Below the pieces are notes generated by a model that searched no databases, was not told where the DNA came from, and saw only the letters and a list, made by a program, of their open reading frames with translations. Positions 25,474-36,669 of a DNA stretch of 64,000 nucleotides are shown here, piece by piece. The stretch is from Eledone cirrhosa (taxonomy: Eukaryota). How positions within the stretch are numbered: position 1 is the first letter of the stretch; each line of letters starts with the position of its first letter. Location: NCBI GenBank assembly GCA_964016885.1, contig OZ024745.1, positions 99,200,001-99,264,000 of the forward strand. Direction: 5' to 3'. A program made the translations under genes and the position numbers.

Positions 25474-27695
25474 ATCATCATCATCATCATCATCATCAGG
25501 TTTAGCGTCCGTGTTCCACGCTTGCATGGGTTTGGATGGGGGTTTTCCCACTTGAGGCAAGAGTGGTTGTCTTGCTCGCATAGGACTGTCTGGCGGGTTT
25601 TCTACAGTTGGATGCCCTTCCTAACACCAACCACATTTACAGTGTGGGGCTGGGAGGTTTTTACCGTGTTGCCTACACGGCCACATTACAGCGTGGACTG
25701 TCTGGCGGGTTTTCTACAGCTGGATGACCTTCCTAACACCAACCACATTTACAGTGTGGGGCTGGGAGGTTTTTACCGTGTTGCCTACATGGCCACATTT
25801 ACAGCGTGGACTGTGTGTTTTTTGTCGTGACACCTACACGATCTCATTTGTTTCGGCCTGGATGTTGTGGGACCAACATAACTTTACATTGAAAGGGGCG
25901 GTGTGGGTGGGGTGGAGGTGGTGGGACGGGGGTGTGTTTTGATAGAGATGCCTACTGACTGTAGTAGGTTTTTACTTTGTATTTAGGTAAGGCGGGTCTT
26001 CTCTATTACTGAGTACCGCCAAAGGTCTCGGTCCAGTGACATTGTCTTGGAGAGGTGTAAACGTGTGAGGTCGGAATTTATCAGCTCGTCCCATGTTTTT
26101 CTGGGTCTGCCTACTCCGTGGCTACCGTCTATCTTTATTGCCCTGCACTTTGTTATACAGCTGTCGTCTTTCATGCGCATCACGTGACCGTACCAACGTA
26201 GCCTTCTCTCGAGTAAACAACATCTGATCCCTCTTATTTCTAATTTTTTCCTTAGTTCGTTTATGCTTTGCCGTTCACGTATATTACTATTGCACATCCA
26301 GCGGAGCATGCAAGCTTCGTTCCTCTCTAGTCTGTGTATATCCTCTGCACACAATGCCCAGGTCTCACTGCCATGCAGCATTGCTGTTCGTATGCAGGCA
26401 TCGTATAACCTGCCTTTCATTTTTAGGGAGAACCCTCTAGCGGCTAATAGTGGTATAAGCTCTCTGAACTTTTTCCATCCAGTTCTGACTCTAGCTACTG
26501 TACTTTCAGAGCACCCTCCCCCACTGCTGATTTTGTCACCCAGATAACGGAAGCTGTCCACTATTTCTATAGAACCCTCTGCGCAGTTGAAGGAGCTAGT
26601 ATTTTGTGGGCACTTGCTGCTACTTATTGCACCAGAGCACCGGCCACATGTAAAATCTATGTTCTTAGTTAGCTTACCTGTGATCCCACTACATCTTTTA
26701 TGCACCCATACTTTGCATTTGGGACATAAAATGGAGTTTCTACCTACGCCTTTCCTACACACTGAGCATGGCCATTTCCCCGATGGGACCGCCGCCTTAT
26801 TTTCTTTCCTACAAACTAGAACTTTAGTCTTAGCCAGGTTAATTTTAAGGCCTTTTGATTCTAGGCCGTGCTTCCACGTTTGGAATTTCTTCTCTAGTTC
26901 GGTCATTGATTCAGCTATGAGCGTTAGATCATCTGCGTATAGGAGTTCCCATGGGCAGCCGGTCTTGAACTCCTCTGTTATAGCCTGAAGGGCAATAATA
27001 AATAGTAGGGGGCTAAGAACAGAGCCCTGATGGACACCAACTTTTACGCTAAACTCTTCACTATATTCGTTGTTAATTCTAACCTTACTGACTGTTTCTT
27101 TATACATGGCTTGTATAGCTCTCACAAGCCATTCGTCAACACCTAGTTTTCTAAGAGACCACCAGATAATGGAACGGGGGACTCTGTCGAAGGCTTTCTC
27201 CAAGTCGACGAAAGCTAAGTATAGGGGTTTACTTTTAGCTAGGTACTTCTCCTGTAGTTGTCGTACAATGAAAAGAGCGTCTGTGGTACTTTTGCCTGAC
27301 ACAAACCCGAACTGCATTTCATCTAGATCAATTCTCTCTCTGATTAGTTGCGCTATTACTTTTTCCGTGACCTTCATGACCTGGTCGATTAATTTAATGC
27401 CTCTATAGTTACTCCTATCTAGGGCATCTCCTTTTCCCTTATAGCAGTTAACGATGATGCTGCTACGCCATTCCTTCGGAACAACCCCATTCTGTACGAC
27501 TTGGTTAACTATCCGGGTGACCATGGTGTGTCCCACCGAACCAGATGCCTTCAGCATCTCAGCAACTATTTCCGAAGGCCCAGCCGCCTTACCCGTCTTC
27601 ATATCTTTGACTGCCTTACTTATTATACTACCTTCAACTAACACTGCTGGTCCCTCTATTGGATCGATCTGGGGGAGACTGTCTTTCTCCCATAT
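25474..27695 (-). mobile_element. RTE-clade LINE family A, 5'-truncated, young
   Basis: Uninterrupted RT frame, ~500 bp 3' UTR, (GAT)n tail. Confidence 0.95.
25983..27695 (-). CDS. RTE ORF fragment: reverse transcriptase with embedded PHD finger (no native start)
   Basis: NYRGIKL, FVDLEKAFDRV, GVHQGSVLSPLLF, LYADD, C4HC3 finger, FRYLG, RRLRWYGHV, GRPRKTW; the first ~24 codons of the track ORF are microsatellite. Confidence 0.9.
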   Translation of the reverse strand: MWEKDSLPQIDPIEGPAVLVEGSIISKAVKDMKTGKAAGPSEIVAEMLKASGSVGHTMVTRIVNQVVQNGVVPKEWRSSIIVNCYKGKGDALDRSNYRGIKLIDQVMKVTEKVIAQLIRERIDLDEMQFGFVSGKSTTDALFIVRQLQEKYLAKSKPLYLAFVDLEKAFDRVPRSIIWWSLRKLGVDEWLVRAIQAMYKETVSKVRINNEYSEEFSVKVGVHQGSVLSPLLFIIALQAITEEFKTGCPWELLYADDLTLIAESMTELEKKFQTWKHGLESKGLKINLAKTKVLVCRKENKAAVPSGKWPCSVCRKGVGRNSILCPKCKVWVHKRCSGITGKLTKNIDFTCGRCSGAISSSKCPQNTSSFNCAEGSIEIVDSFRYLGDKISSGGGCSESTVARVRTGWKKFRELIPLLAARGFSLKMKGRLYDACIRTAMLHGSETWALCAEDIHRLERNEACMLRWMCNSNIRERQSINELRKKLEIRGIRCCLLERRLRWYGHVMRMKDDSCITKCRAIKIDGSHGVGRPRKTWDELINSDLTRLHLSKTMSLDRDLWRYSVIEKTRLT

Positions 27696-27757
27696 CTCTA
27701 TATATATATAAAGAAACATGTCTCTCTCTCTCTCTATATATATATATATAGATATGT

Positions 27758-28100
27758 GGAGGCACATGGCTTAGTGGTTAGAGCATTGGCCTTGCAATCG
27801 AAAGGTTGTGAGTTCAATTCTCAGACCGGGTGATGTGTTGTTTCCTTGAGCAAGACACTTTATTTCACATTGCTCCAGTTTACTCAGCTGTAGAAATGAG
27901 ATGATAGGAACTGGGGTCCATATCATTCCACTGTAAAGTGGTCGTGGAGGTGCCACAGCAAAAAAGCACCCAGCACTCACTGTAAATGAGGTTGGTGTTA
28001 GGAAGGGCATCCAGCTGTAGAAATCATGCCAGAACCAGTTCCCGTCCCACCCTTGCAAGTAGGGAAAAAGCGGACGTAAAATGAAATGAATGAAAATGAA
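27758..28100 (+). mobile_element. tRNA-derived SINE family 2 with RTE-derived body and tail
   Basis: A box TGGCTTAGTGG, B box GAGTTCAATTC, TCCTTGAGCAAGACACTT (V/Meta-like) domain; 3' CCCACCCTTGCAAG.AGGGAAAAAGCGGACGTAAAATG matches the RTE-B end at 35013-35050. Confidence 0.88.
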
Positions 28101-28134
28101 TATATATATATATATGAAATAATAGGAAAAAAAG

Positions 28135-28170
28135 TCTTAACGTTTCGAACACTAGTCTTTCATCAGAAGA
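28135..28170 (-). ncRNA. Minimal type I hammerhead ribozyme (same family as 17410)
   Basis: UCUU-CUGAUGA-A-AGAC(UAGU)GUUC-GAAACGUU-AAGA; stem II weakened by substitutions. Confidence 0.7.
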
Positions 28171-29025
28171 TAGATTAAGAAATAAAAAGTGAAATAGCAA
28201 GATAAAGAGTAAGAAGAGGAAGGAATAGAAAAATAAATTAGAACCCCCCCCCCCCCAAAAAAAAACACACACACACACATACGTATTCAGTCAGACACAT
28301 ATAAATAGGTGTGGGAGAGATCCATGAGGAGATTACTGGTGAATGCAATGTTAATGTCAGAGTCAGGTAGGAGTATATTCTTTCAAATATCTTATGTATA
28401 TATTTCAGTATCATCATCATTATCCTCTTTTTATGTTCACTTTTCCCTGCTGACACCAACCTATTTAGTCACTTCTTACAACAAGCAGAGATATGGATAT
28501 GTATATATATATATGTATCTTTGTTATACATCGTTATTTACTGCACTTAAGTGGATTTTTTTACTTTCACCAAACTCTCATCTAATTGCTTTACATGAAA
28601 AGATATTTGTTATAATTTTTCAAAATATGTATTCCTATATTTACTACTAGCAGTGGTACCCGGCGTTGCATGGGATAAGGTATTTTGGAACGCGGGCCGG
28701 CAACAGACCTAATGGTGGAAAAACTGCATACCTGGACAATATGTAAAGAAAAAATGAAGTTTTTCACCTAATGCGAGCCCTAGGCCATAAAAAAAGTTGG
28801 ATTTTCTTTGCTCACGGTATGAAGAAGAGACTAACTAATACATAGTTACAATTTCAAGGAAATCGGTCTGACGTAACGCCTCAAAAAAAACCTAAAAAGC
28901 TGAAAAAAAAACGCAGTTTTTCACCTAATGCGGACCCTAGGAGATCAAAAAGCTGAAACATAAGTAATACACATGTAAAGTTTGAAAAAAGTCGATCTCT
29001 CGAGTTTTAGGGATTCAAACTCACA

Positions 29026-29059
<34 letters not shown>

Positions 29060-29230
29060 TATCCTCAGGGAAGTGACGTAATGCAGACAGTCAGACATAC
29101 AGACATACATTATAAGGGCGCGACGTTATATGTATCTATCTAAAAAGAGAAAGACTAAGAATTATAGTGAGAGATCGCTCAATCGCCTAATGCGGTCCCC
29201 AGGGCATTGAAAATTTGAAATTTTTTTTGC

Positions 29231-29614
29231 TCAGAACACTCCCTGAAACATATGTATTACATGTGTAGCTCGCACAGCAGCAGTATTCGCAGAATCCGTA
29301 CTCCGACGTCTTTTACGCTGGTCGTACGTCTCGGTAGCTCGCGCAGCAGCAGTATTCGCAGCATCCGTACTCCGACGTCTTTTACGCTGGTCGTCCGTCT
29401 CGGCTGCTCGTGCAACAGAAGTTGATGCGCCATTAGCGGTTCGGCGAATGGTTCGTTGATTGTCTGTTTCAAGTGCTCTTCTGGTGGCAGTACGTTTAGC
29501 ATCTTGCGACCGTCGAATAGCAGATTCCACTGACGATTCGTTTGCCCCTCCTGTTCGTGTTGTTGCTGCTTTCGCAGTTTTTCGGCCAATGGAGTATCTC
29601 TTCCTTCGAGACAT
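29231..29614 (-). pseudogene. N-terminal remnant of Helitron RepHel (STPR-like RAxETxxQR repeats)
   Basis: MSRRKRYSIGRKT.. followed by 23-aa repeats ETDDQRKRRRSTDAANTAAARA; same orientation as the Helitron. Confidence 0.65.
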
Positions 29615-30107
29615 GACCTAAAAGCAGTACGAAGTACACTGAAACTCACTGGTAGAGTAAGGAGTAAACTCGTCAGTGAATTAAAAACCGATGCATGTGA
29701 TTTCCGAACGGGGTATGGGTAGGGAGAGGGGTAACAGTAAGAGCAGCGGTTGGAATGAGTATAAGTTAGTGAATATGTTGTCAGTGACAAAAATGGCGTA
29801 AATGAAACGCCACACGCAAGTACACACACACACTGAAGCACGCAAACGCAGAAACGCACGCAAACTCACACACACACATGTTAATAGATTTAACTCATAA
29901 TGGAACTCTGCGCGAACACACACACACACGCGCACACGCACACACACACACGCACACACACACACGCGCACGCACACACACACACACGTGTTAATTACTT
30001 ATAGCTTTCCTTCCCCTCTTCCAACGTCTCTCTCTCTTCCGCTATCCCCCTCTTTTAGTCTGTCTGTTTCTTTCACTCCCACTCTTTCTCTTTATAACTC
30101 ACTCATA

Positions 30108-30240
30108 TTAATACTAAAGGGTTAAGGTATTGTTCTCAAAATAAATAATATTAAATCTATGAGATTTTTCTATTATGTGAGATAAAGCCTTTACCATGAA
30201 AATAATATAGTATATATAGAGTAATGTAAATGCTAAAGGG
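30108..30240 (-). mobile_element. Partial/nested piggyBac MITE inside the Helitron
   Basis: TAATACTAAAGGG-TTAA then the MITE half ending TAAATGCTAAAGGG-TTAA. Confidence 0.7.
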
Positions 30241-30920
30241 TTAATTCCATCAGACCATGTGAGAGAGTTTATAATCACTCACGCACACATACACACTCAC
30301 GCATGCAAACGCACACAAACTCACACACACACACGCGCACGTACACACACACACGCAATAGTTATTCCACTGTCATGTATCTTTGACGCATACAACTCTC
30401 AAAAGACGGCGTCTGTCACTCTCTCTCTCCCGCTATCCCCCTCTTTTAGTCTGTCTGTTTCTTTCACTCTCACTCTTTCTCTCTGTAACTCGTTCACATT
30501 TCTCCCCTCTATCGAAAAACGCTGTGACGAATGGGGAGAAGGAGGCGGAGGAGTAGAGAGTCACTTCTTCACTTCGCCTCTCCGTTTCTTTCTCTCCCCT
30601 CTTACTCCCTCATTATGTACAGACATTGGCCACTTCACTAATTCGATCCCTAGGTCAAAACACTTCCGGGGCCATACGGGTTACATGTGTAAATTTTGAA
30701 AAAAACGGTTGGGTACTTCTCGAGTTTTAGGGAAACAGACACACAGATAGACATCTTCTGTTTTATATATATAGATAACAACTCATAATTGTGAATTGAT
30801 TTTAAATAACATTTTAATGTTATTTTCTGTGACTCAGGTGCTCTTGCTTACAGAGCCAAACTGGGCACATTTGTGTTCTTGGTGTTTCAACTGTTTTTGT
30901 ATAATAACAGTTCCTACACT

Positions 30921-30958
<38 letters not shown>

Positions 30959-31164
30959 GTATATATATATGTAAACAGTAAAATTCTATTATCATTTTTT
31001 TTCAGTCTTGTTTATGAAGGCATCATGTATCCTTATATTTTTATGAATGTCTGACAACCTGAAACACAAATATGTCTAGAGAAGGTATAAAATATATTAG
31101 ATATTTTTTTAATATGTAACTTGATTATATTTTCACGTATATTTTCTTCTTTTTATATATTATA

Positions 31165-31539
31165 CTAGCAGATTTACTCGGCGTTGCCTGGGGTTTGAAA
31201 TGCAACAAAGAATAAACAAGAAACAAACGATAATATTAGTGATTTATCTTCAAATGAATCTGATGTTTATATTTCTGTCAATAAAGTTGGTTATCTCCCT
31301 TTTTTTTATAAGGATTGTCAATAAAGTTGATTATCTCCCTTACATCAGTTTTGCTACCGATAATTTTGATATCGATTTTTTATTGCTCAACGTGGGTCGA
31401 TTTGAAAATGACCATCTTAGCGCCCTGTGCAACGTGCACAGAAAATTTGGTCAAATTCGGTTGGTAATTGTAAAAGCCTTAGGTATCCAAAGTTGTACAC
31501 AGACACACACACATCCTCGCTTTTATATATATATATAGA
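31165..31539 (-). mobile_element. Short non-autonomous Helitron
   Basis: A-CTAGCAG..CTCGGCGTTGCCTGGG at one end, TTTTATATATATATATAGA at the other. Confidence 0.75.
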
Positions 31540-32212
31540 AGATAGAAGATATATTGTTATATTACTACTCTTAATTTGACTGTTTCTTTTTTGTTTTTAT
31601 AAATCTCTCTGTTAATTACTTTACACAAAAGAAATGTTTTCATTATAATTGTGAAATATGTTTCTATAATTTCTTACTCTCATCATCATTTAACATCCAT
31701 TTTCCCTGCTAGCAAAGGCTGGACAGGTCGTCACAGAGCAAGTCAGTACTTAATTGGAACTACTGACTTCTCACGTGTTTCCACACTTTACAGAGTACTC
31801 TTGGAATATTTCATCAAGACATCAGAATTAAGAAAGTTGTCATGTCTCTGACATAGCTGAAGAGTCCTCCTGGTTCCTTGTTTGGCAATTTTTATTATGG
31901 ATGGATACCCTTCCTACCATAAACCACTTTACAGAGAGCACTTGGTGTATTTATCATGTAGATCAGAGATTCTCAAAATTTTATTTTAAGTGGTAGCATT
32001 CCTGCGACAATTAATTTTCTTTAGACATTAAAAAACACTAGCAACATGTGTAGTGTGCATATTGATATTATATGTAAATATATATGCATGTAGATATGAT
32101 ACGTCAAATAAAATCATAATTGACAATATGCACAGAAATTGAAGAGAGACTGTGTTACACTCTCTTCTGTAATAAGTAATCCATAATACATTTAAAAAGA
32201 CGATATTATATA

Positions 32213-32399
32213 GGGCGGTGGATTGGCAGTATCGGTAGAGGGTCGGACGCCATGCTTTGCAGCAAAGAGTTACGGCCCTTTATGGTCTGAGTTCAAATCC
32301 CGCTGAGGTTAACTTTGCCTTTCATCCTTACGGGGTCGATAAAATAAAGTACCAGTAATGCACTGAGTAATTGCTGGCCTTGTGCCAAAAGTAGAAACA
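32213..32399 (+). mobile_element. tRNA-derived SINE family 1
   Basis: Full-length; TSD ATTATATA. Confidence 0.9.
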
Positions 32400-32443
32400 A
32401 TTATATATAAACTGCATTACTGTGAAATGTAATGAAACCTTAT

Positions 32444-33510
32444 ATCATCATCATCATCATCATCGTTTAACGTCCATCTTCCACGTTTGCATGGGTTTGG
32501 ACGGGAATTTTCCCACTTGAGGCAAGATTGGTTGACTTGCTCGTATAGGACTGTCTGGTGGGTTTTCTATGGCTGGATGACCTTCCTAACACCAACCACG
32601 TTTACAGTGTGGACTGGGAGGTTTTTACCGTGTTACCTACACGGCCACATTACAGCGTGGACTGTGTGTTTTTTTTGTTGTGACACCTACACGACCTCAT
32701 TTGTTTCGGCCTGGATGTTGTGGTACCAACATAACTTTACATTGAAAGGGGTGGTGTGGATGGGGTGGGGGTAGTGGGGCGGAGGTGTATTTTTGTTAGA
32801 GGTGCCGACTGACTGTAGGTTTTGCTTTGTACTTAGGCATGCCGGGTCTTCTGTATGACTGCGTAGCGCCAAAGATCTCGGTCCAGTGACATTGTCTTGG
32901 AGAGGTGTAAGTGTGTGAGGTCGGAATTTATCAAGTCGTCCCAGGTTTTTCTGGGTCTGCCTACTCCGTGGCTACCGTCTATTTTTATCGCCCTGCACTT
33001 TTTTATACAGCTGTCGTCTTTCATGCGCATCACGTGACAGTACCAACATAGTCTTCTCTCGAGTAAACAACATCTGATCCCTCTTATTCCTAATTTCTCC
33101 CTTAGTTCATTTATGCTTTGCCATTCACGTATATTACTATTACACATCCAGCGGAGCATGCAAGCTTCATTCCTCTCCAGTCTGCATAGATCCTCTGCAC
33201 ACAATGCCCAAGTCTCACTGCCATGTAACATTGCTGTTCATATGCAGGCATCATACAGCCTGCCTTTCATTTTTAGAGAGAACCCTTTAGCGGCCAATAG
33301 TGGTATAAGCTCTCTGAACTTTTTCCAACCCATTCTGACTCTGGCTACTGTACTTTCAGAGCACCCTCCCCCACTGCTGATTTTGTCACCCAGGTAACGG
33401 AAGGTGTCCACTATTTCTATAGAACCATCTGTGCAATGGAATGAGCTTGTATTCTGTAGGCACTTGCTGCTACTTATTGCACCTGAGCACCGGCCACATA
33501 TAAAATCTAA
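32444..33510 (-). mobile_element. RTE family A-related LINE 3' fragment
   Basis: ORF 32833-33231 homologous to the RTE C-terminus; 3' UTR and (GAT)n tail. Confidence 0.9.
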
Positions 33511-33642
33511 CTATGCAAATATATGGATGTTTATATAAGCGATGTAATAAGTGTTCTGATATAACGGACACTAACCGGAAGTGTAGACATTTGAAAATAA
33601 AAAAAAAAATGAATCTTAAAATAAACAATCATTATATACAAG

Positions 33643-33837
33643 GTGGTGGATTGGGCGGTGGATTGGCAGTATCAGTAGAGGGTCGGACCCCTTGCTTTCC
33701 AGCATAGTTACGTCCCTTTACGATCTGAGTTCAAATCCCGCCGAGGTTGACTTTGCCTTTCATCCTTACGGGGTCGATAAAATAAAGTACCAGTAATGCA
33801 CTGGGTAATTGCTGGCCTTGTGCCTAAAGTAGAAACT
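33643..33837 (+). mobile_element. tRNA-derived SINE family 1 with duplicated head
   Basis: GGTGGATTGGGCGGTGGATTGGCAG; TSD ATTATATACAAG. Confidence 0.9.
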
Positions 33838-34214
33838 ATTATATACAAGAATATTTATGTTTAATCAACAGCTACAAAATTTAGTACAAAAATTATGTAA
33901 TATTCGTTAATTATTTATTCAAAGTAATCTAACTTATTTTATTAACGGGATAAAAAAATATATTCAGGATGCAGTCCCGTACTCCTCCCTTAATTGTATT
34001 ATGATTATACATGACAAAAAAAAAGTACATTAGAAGAAATTCCATGTTACAAAATAAATAGGATGGATTGGGACCTCAATATGTAAACTAAATGACTAAT
34101 TCTGTGTTTTAAAACCTCAACAGAGATATCCTAGAAAAATTACCGATTCCCCCCTCCTGCTTATTTCAACACTCTCATTCATTCCAGACCCCCCATTATT
34201 TGGGACCCGAGAGT

Positions 34215-34558
34215 ATCATCATTTCATCATTTCATTTTACGTCCGCTTTTTCCCTGCTTGCAAGGGTGGGACGGGAACTGATTCTGGCTTGATTTCTACA
34301 GCTGGATGCCCTTCCTAACACCAACCTCATTTACAGTGAGTGCTGGGTGCTTTTTTGCCGTGGCACCTCCACGGCCACTTTGCAGTGGAATGATAGGGAC
34401 CCCAGTCCCTATCATCTCATTTCTACAGCTGAGTAAACTGGAGCAATGTGAAATAAAGTGTCTTGCTCAAGGAAACAACACATCACCCGGTCTGAGAATT
34501 GAACTCACAACCTTTCGATTGCAAGGCCAATGCTCTAACCACTAAGCCATGTGCCTCC
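34215..34558 (-). mobile_element. SINE family 2
   Basis: Near-identical reverse complement of 27758-28100. Confidence 0.9.
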
Positions 34559-34664
34559 ATGTATGTATATATCGTCTAACTGGTTTTTACCGCCTCCAAT
34601 CTGATATATATATATACAATCCTTTTCAAGTCCTCTTCGGATTTTGGTCTTATTATATTACTAT

Positions 34665-35078
34665 AATGCAGAGGATATGCGATGGCTGGGGAGAAGTGAG
34701 GCACGCATGCTCCGTTGAATGTGCAGTGTCAATCTGCGTGAACGACCCAGCATGGATGTGTTGAGAGAGAAACTGTGTCTGAGAGGGATAAATTGTAGTG
34801 TGCGGGAGAGGAGACTGCGATGGCATGGACATGGAGGATGACCGATGGGTGAAGAAGTGCCAAGAAATGCCAGTTGAAGGAAGACGTAGTAGAGGAAGAC
34901 CACGAAAAACATGGATGGAGGTGGTGAGAGCAGACTTTAGATCGCTGAAGCTCATGGTGGAGATGACGAAGGACTGTGACAAGTGGAGAGATGTTGTGCT
35001 GAATAGGACTCATCCCACCCTTGCAAGCAGGGAAAAGCGGACGTAAAATGATGATGATGATGATGACGATGATGATGA

Positions 35079-35080
<2 letters not shown>
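34665..35080 (+). mobile_element. RTE family B 3' fragment
   Basis: WVKKCQEMPVEGRRSRGRPRKTW...; very short UTR and (GAT)n tail. Confidence 0.85.
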
Positions 35081-35129
<49 letters not shown>

Positions 35130-35134
<5 letters not shown>

Positions 35135-35310
35135 CTGATCAGACTGGAGGCAGTAAAAAGCAGATTACTCGATACTTGGGGTAGTAGAGTGGATTATTCA
35201 GGACCCCGATGGCTGAGCTCCGGCTGTTTCAACAGCTAGATCCGAACTGTTTGGATCTAGCTATTGAAACAGCTGGAGCTCAGGTGTCGGGGTCCGGAAT
35301 TTTTTCATAT
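35130..35310 (+). other. Short element in (TA)n with a ~95 nt hairpin (35201-35295)
   Basis: GGACCCCGAT..CTAGATCC / GGATCTAG..GTCGGGGTCC arms; related partial copy at 17115-17252. Confidence 0.7.
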
Positions 35311-35334
35311 ATATATATATGTACAGCTCTATAT

Positions 35335-35670
35335 ACAAAATGTTTTTTTCTCCCTTTCAGCTAGTTGCGCTTGATCACCACCTTTTAAAATAAGATTATC
35401 TTAAACAAAATGCCAGCATCAACAGTTTTCCTAGAGATAACGATGTGAATAGACCTATTTTGTCTCTAAAAAAAATTTGTTTCATTTCTGCCACTGCCAG
35501 TCTCTTCAATCTTTCTATTTCTTCTTTAATTTCTCATTGTATTTTATGATGAAGGACTAACACCCGAAACATTACAACTCTTTCCCTACCATATCAAGCG
35601 TAAAACTAATAATATATTTCTTCATTCTACTGTGTTGTTTGCTTTGTTATTTCTGTTTGCCTTTTACATA
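35335..35670 (+). mobile_element. Older copy of the pLTR-like element with a decayed hammerhead
   Basis: Collinear with the reverse complement of 17325-17600; core reads ATGATGAAGGACTAACACCCGAAACATT. Confidence 0.65.
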
Positions 35671-35783
35671 TATAACCCATGCTAGTGTGGAAAAATGGAC
35701 ATAAAACAGTGATGATGATGATGATGATATATATATATATTAATTTTTACGAGCAGACAAATAGATTTCATCCAAGATCGCGC

Positions 35784-35837
<54 letters not shown>

Positions 35838-36025
35838 GATAAATCTACCAAGAGTTTACGGTAGTGTCCAATCCGTATGAAGAACTCAATGTATTCCGGA
35901 TATCATGGAAAGAAGAGATGTAATGAAAAATCACTTTCGGTGAAAGATAAACGGTATACAGAGTCAAGATAAAATATTAAACAAATAATGAATAAACAAT
36001 TCCTTATATTAAACAAAAAAAGTTC

Positions 36026-36173
36026 ATTATTTAACGATCGTTTCTAGGATATATATGTGTTAGAATTGGCATGCATATTCAACAGATCTATGTACAAAAT
36101 TATACAAAATTATACAAACTATCAAGATTAAATATACATACCAACACATATATACGCCGTCTTCAGAAATAAT
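36026..36173 (-). ncRNA. Type I hammerhead ribozyme with long stem II
   Basis: AUUAUUU-CUGAAGA-CGGCG-UAUAUAUGUGUU...AACACAUAUAUA-UCCUA-GAAA-C-GAUC-GU-U-AAAUAAU: 7 bp stem I, palindromic stem III AACGAUCGUU. Confidence 0.72.
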
Positions 36174-36344
36174 ATATATATATATGTTAAGTATTTCCAT
36201 AGAAAAGGTAAAGGAAAGAAGAGTGCTCTATGCATTGTACAGAGCTATTTAATTACATAATAAACAACACAATATAATTACTCCATTACCAATGATAATG
36301 GAATAATTATATTGTGTTAATTATTATGTAATTAAATATATATA

Positions 36345-36642
36345 TCATCATCATCATCATCATCATCACTTTACGTCCGCTTTTCTCTGCTTGCAAGGGT
36401 GGGACACAAACTGATTCTGGCTTGATTTCTACAGCTGGATGCCCTTCCTAACACCAACCTCATTTACAGTGAGTGCTGGGTGCTTTTATGCCGTGGCACC
36501 TTCACGGCCACTTTGCAGTGGAATGATAGGGACCCCAGTCCCTATCATCTCATTTCTACAGCTGAGTAAAGTGGAGCAATGTGAAATTCGATTGAAATTC
36601 GATTGCAAGGCCAATGCTCTAACCACTAAGCCATGTGCCTCC
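36345..36642 (-). mobile_element. SINE family 2, internally deleted
   Basis: Same sequence as 34215-34558 with the B-box region lost. Confidence 0.88.
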
Positions 36643-36669
36643 ATGTATGTATATATATATATATATTCT

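Larger units (their letters stand above)
28647..30775 (-). mobile_element. Helitron internal-deletion derivative
   Basis: Minus strand begins TCTATATATATAAAA and ends with hairpin CCCATGCAACGCCGGG then CTAG; inserted between A and T with no TSD. Confidence 0.85.
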
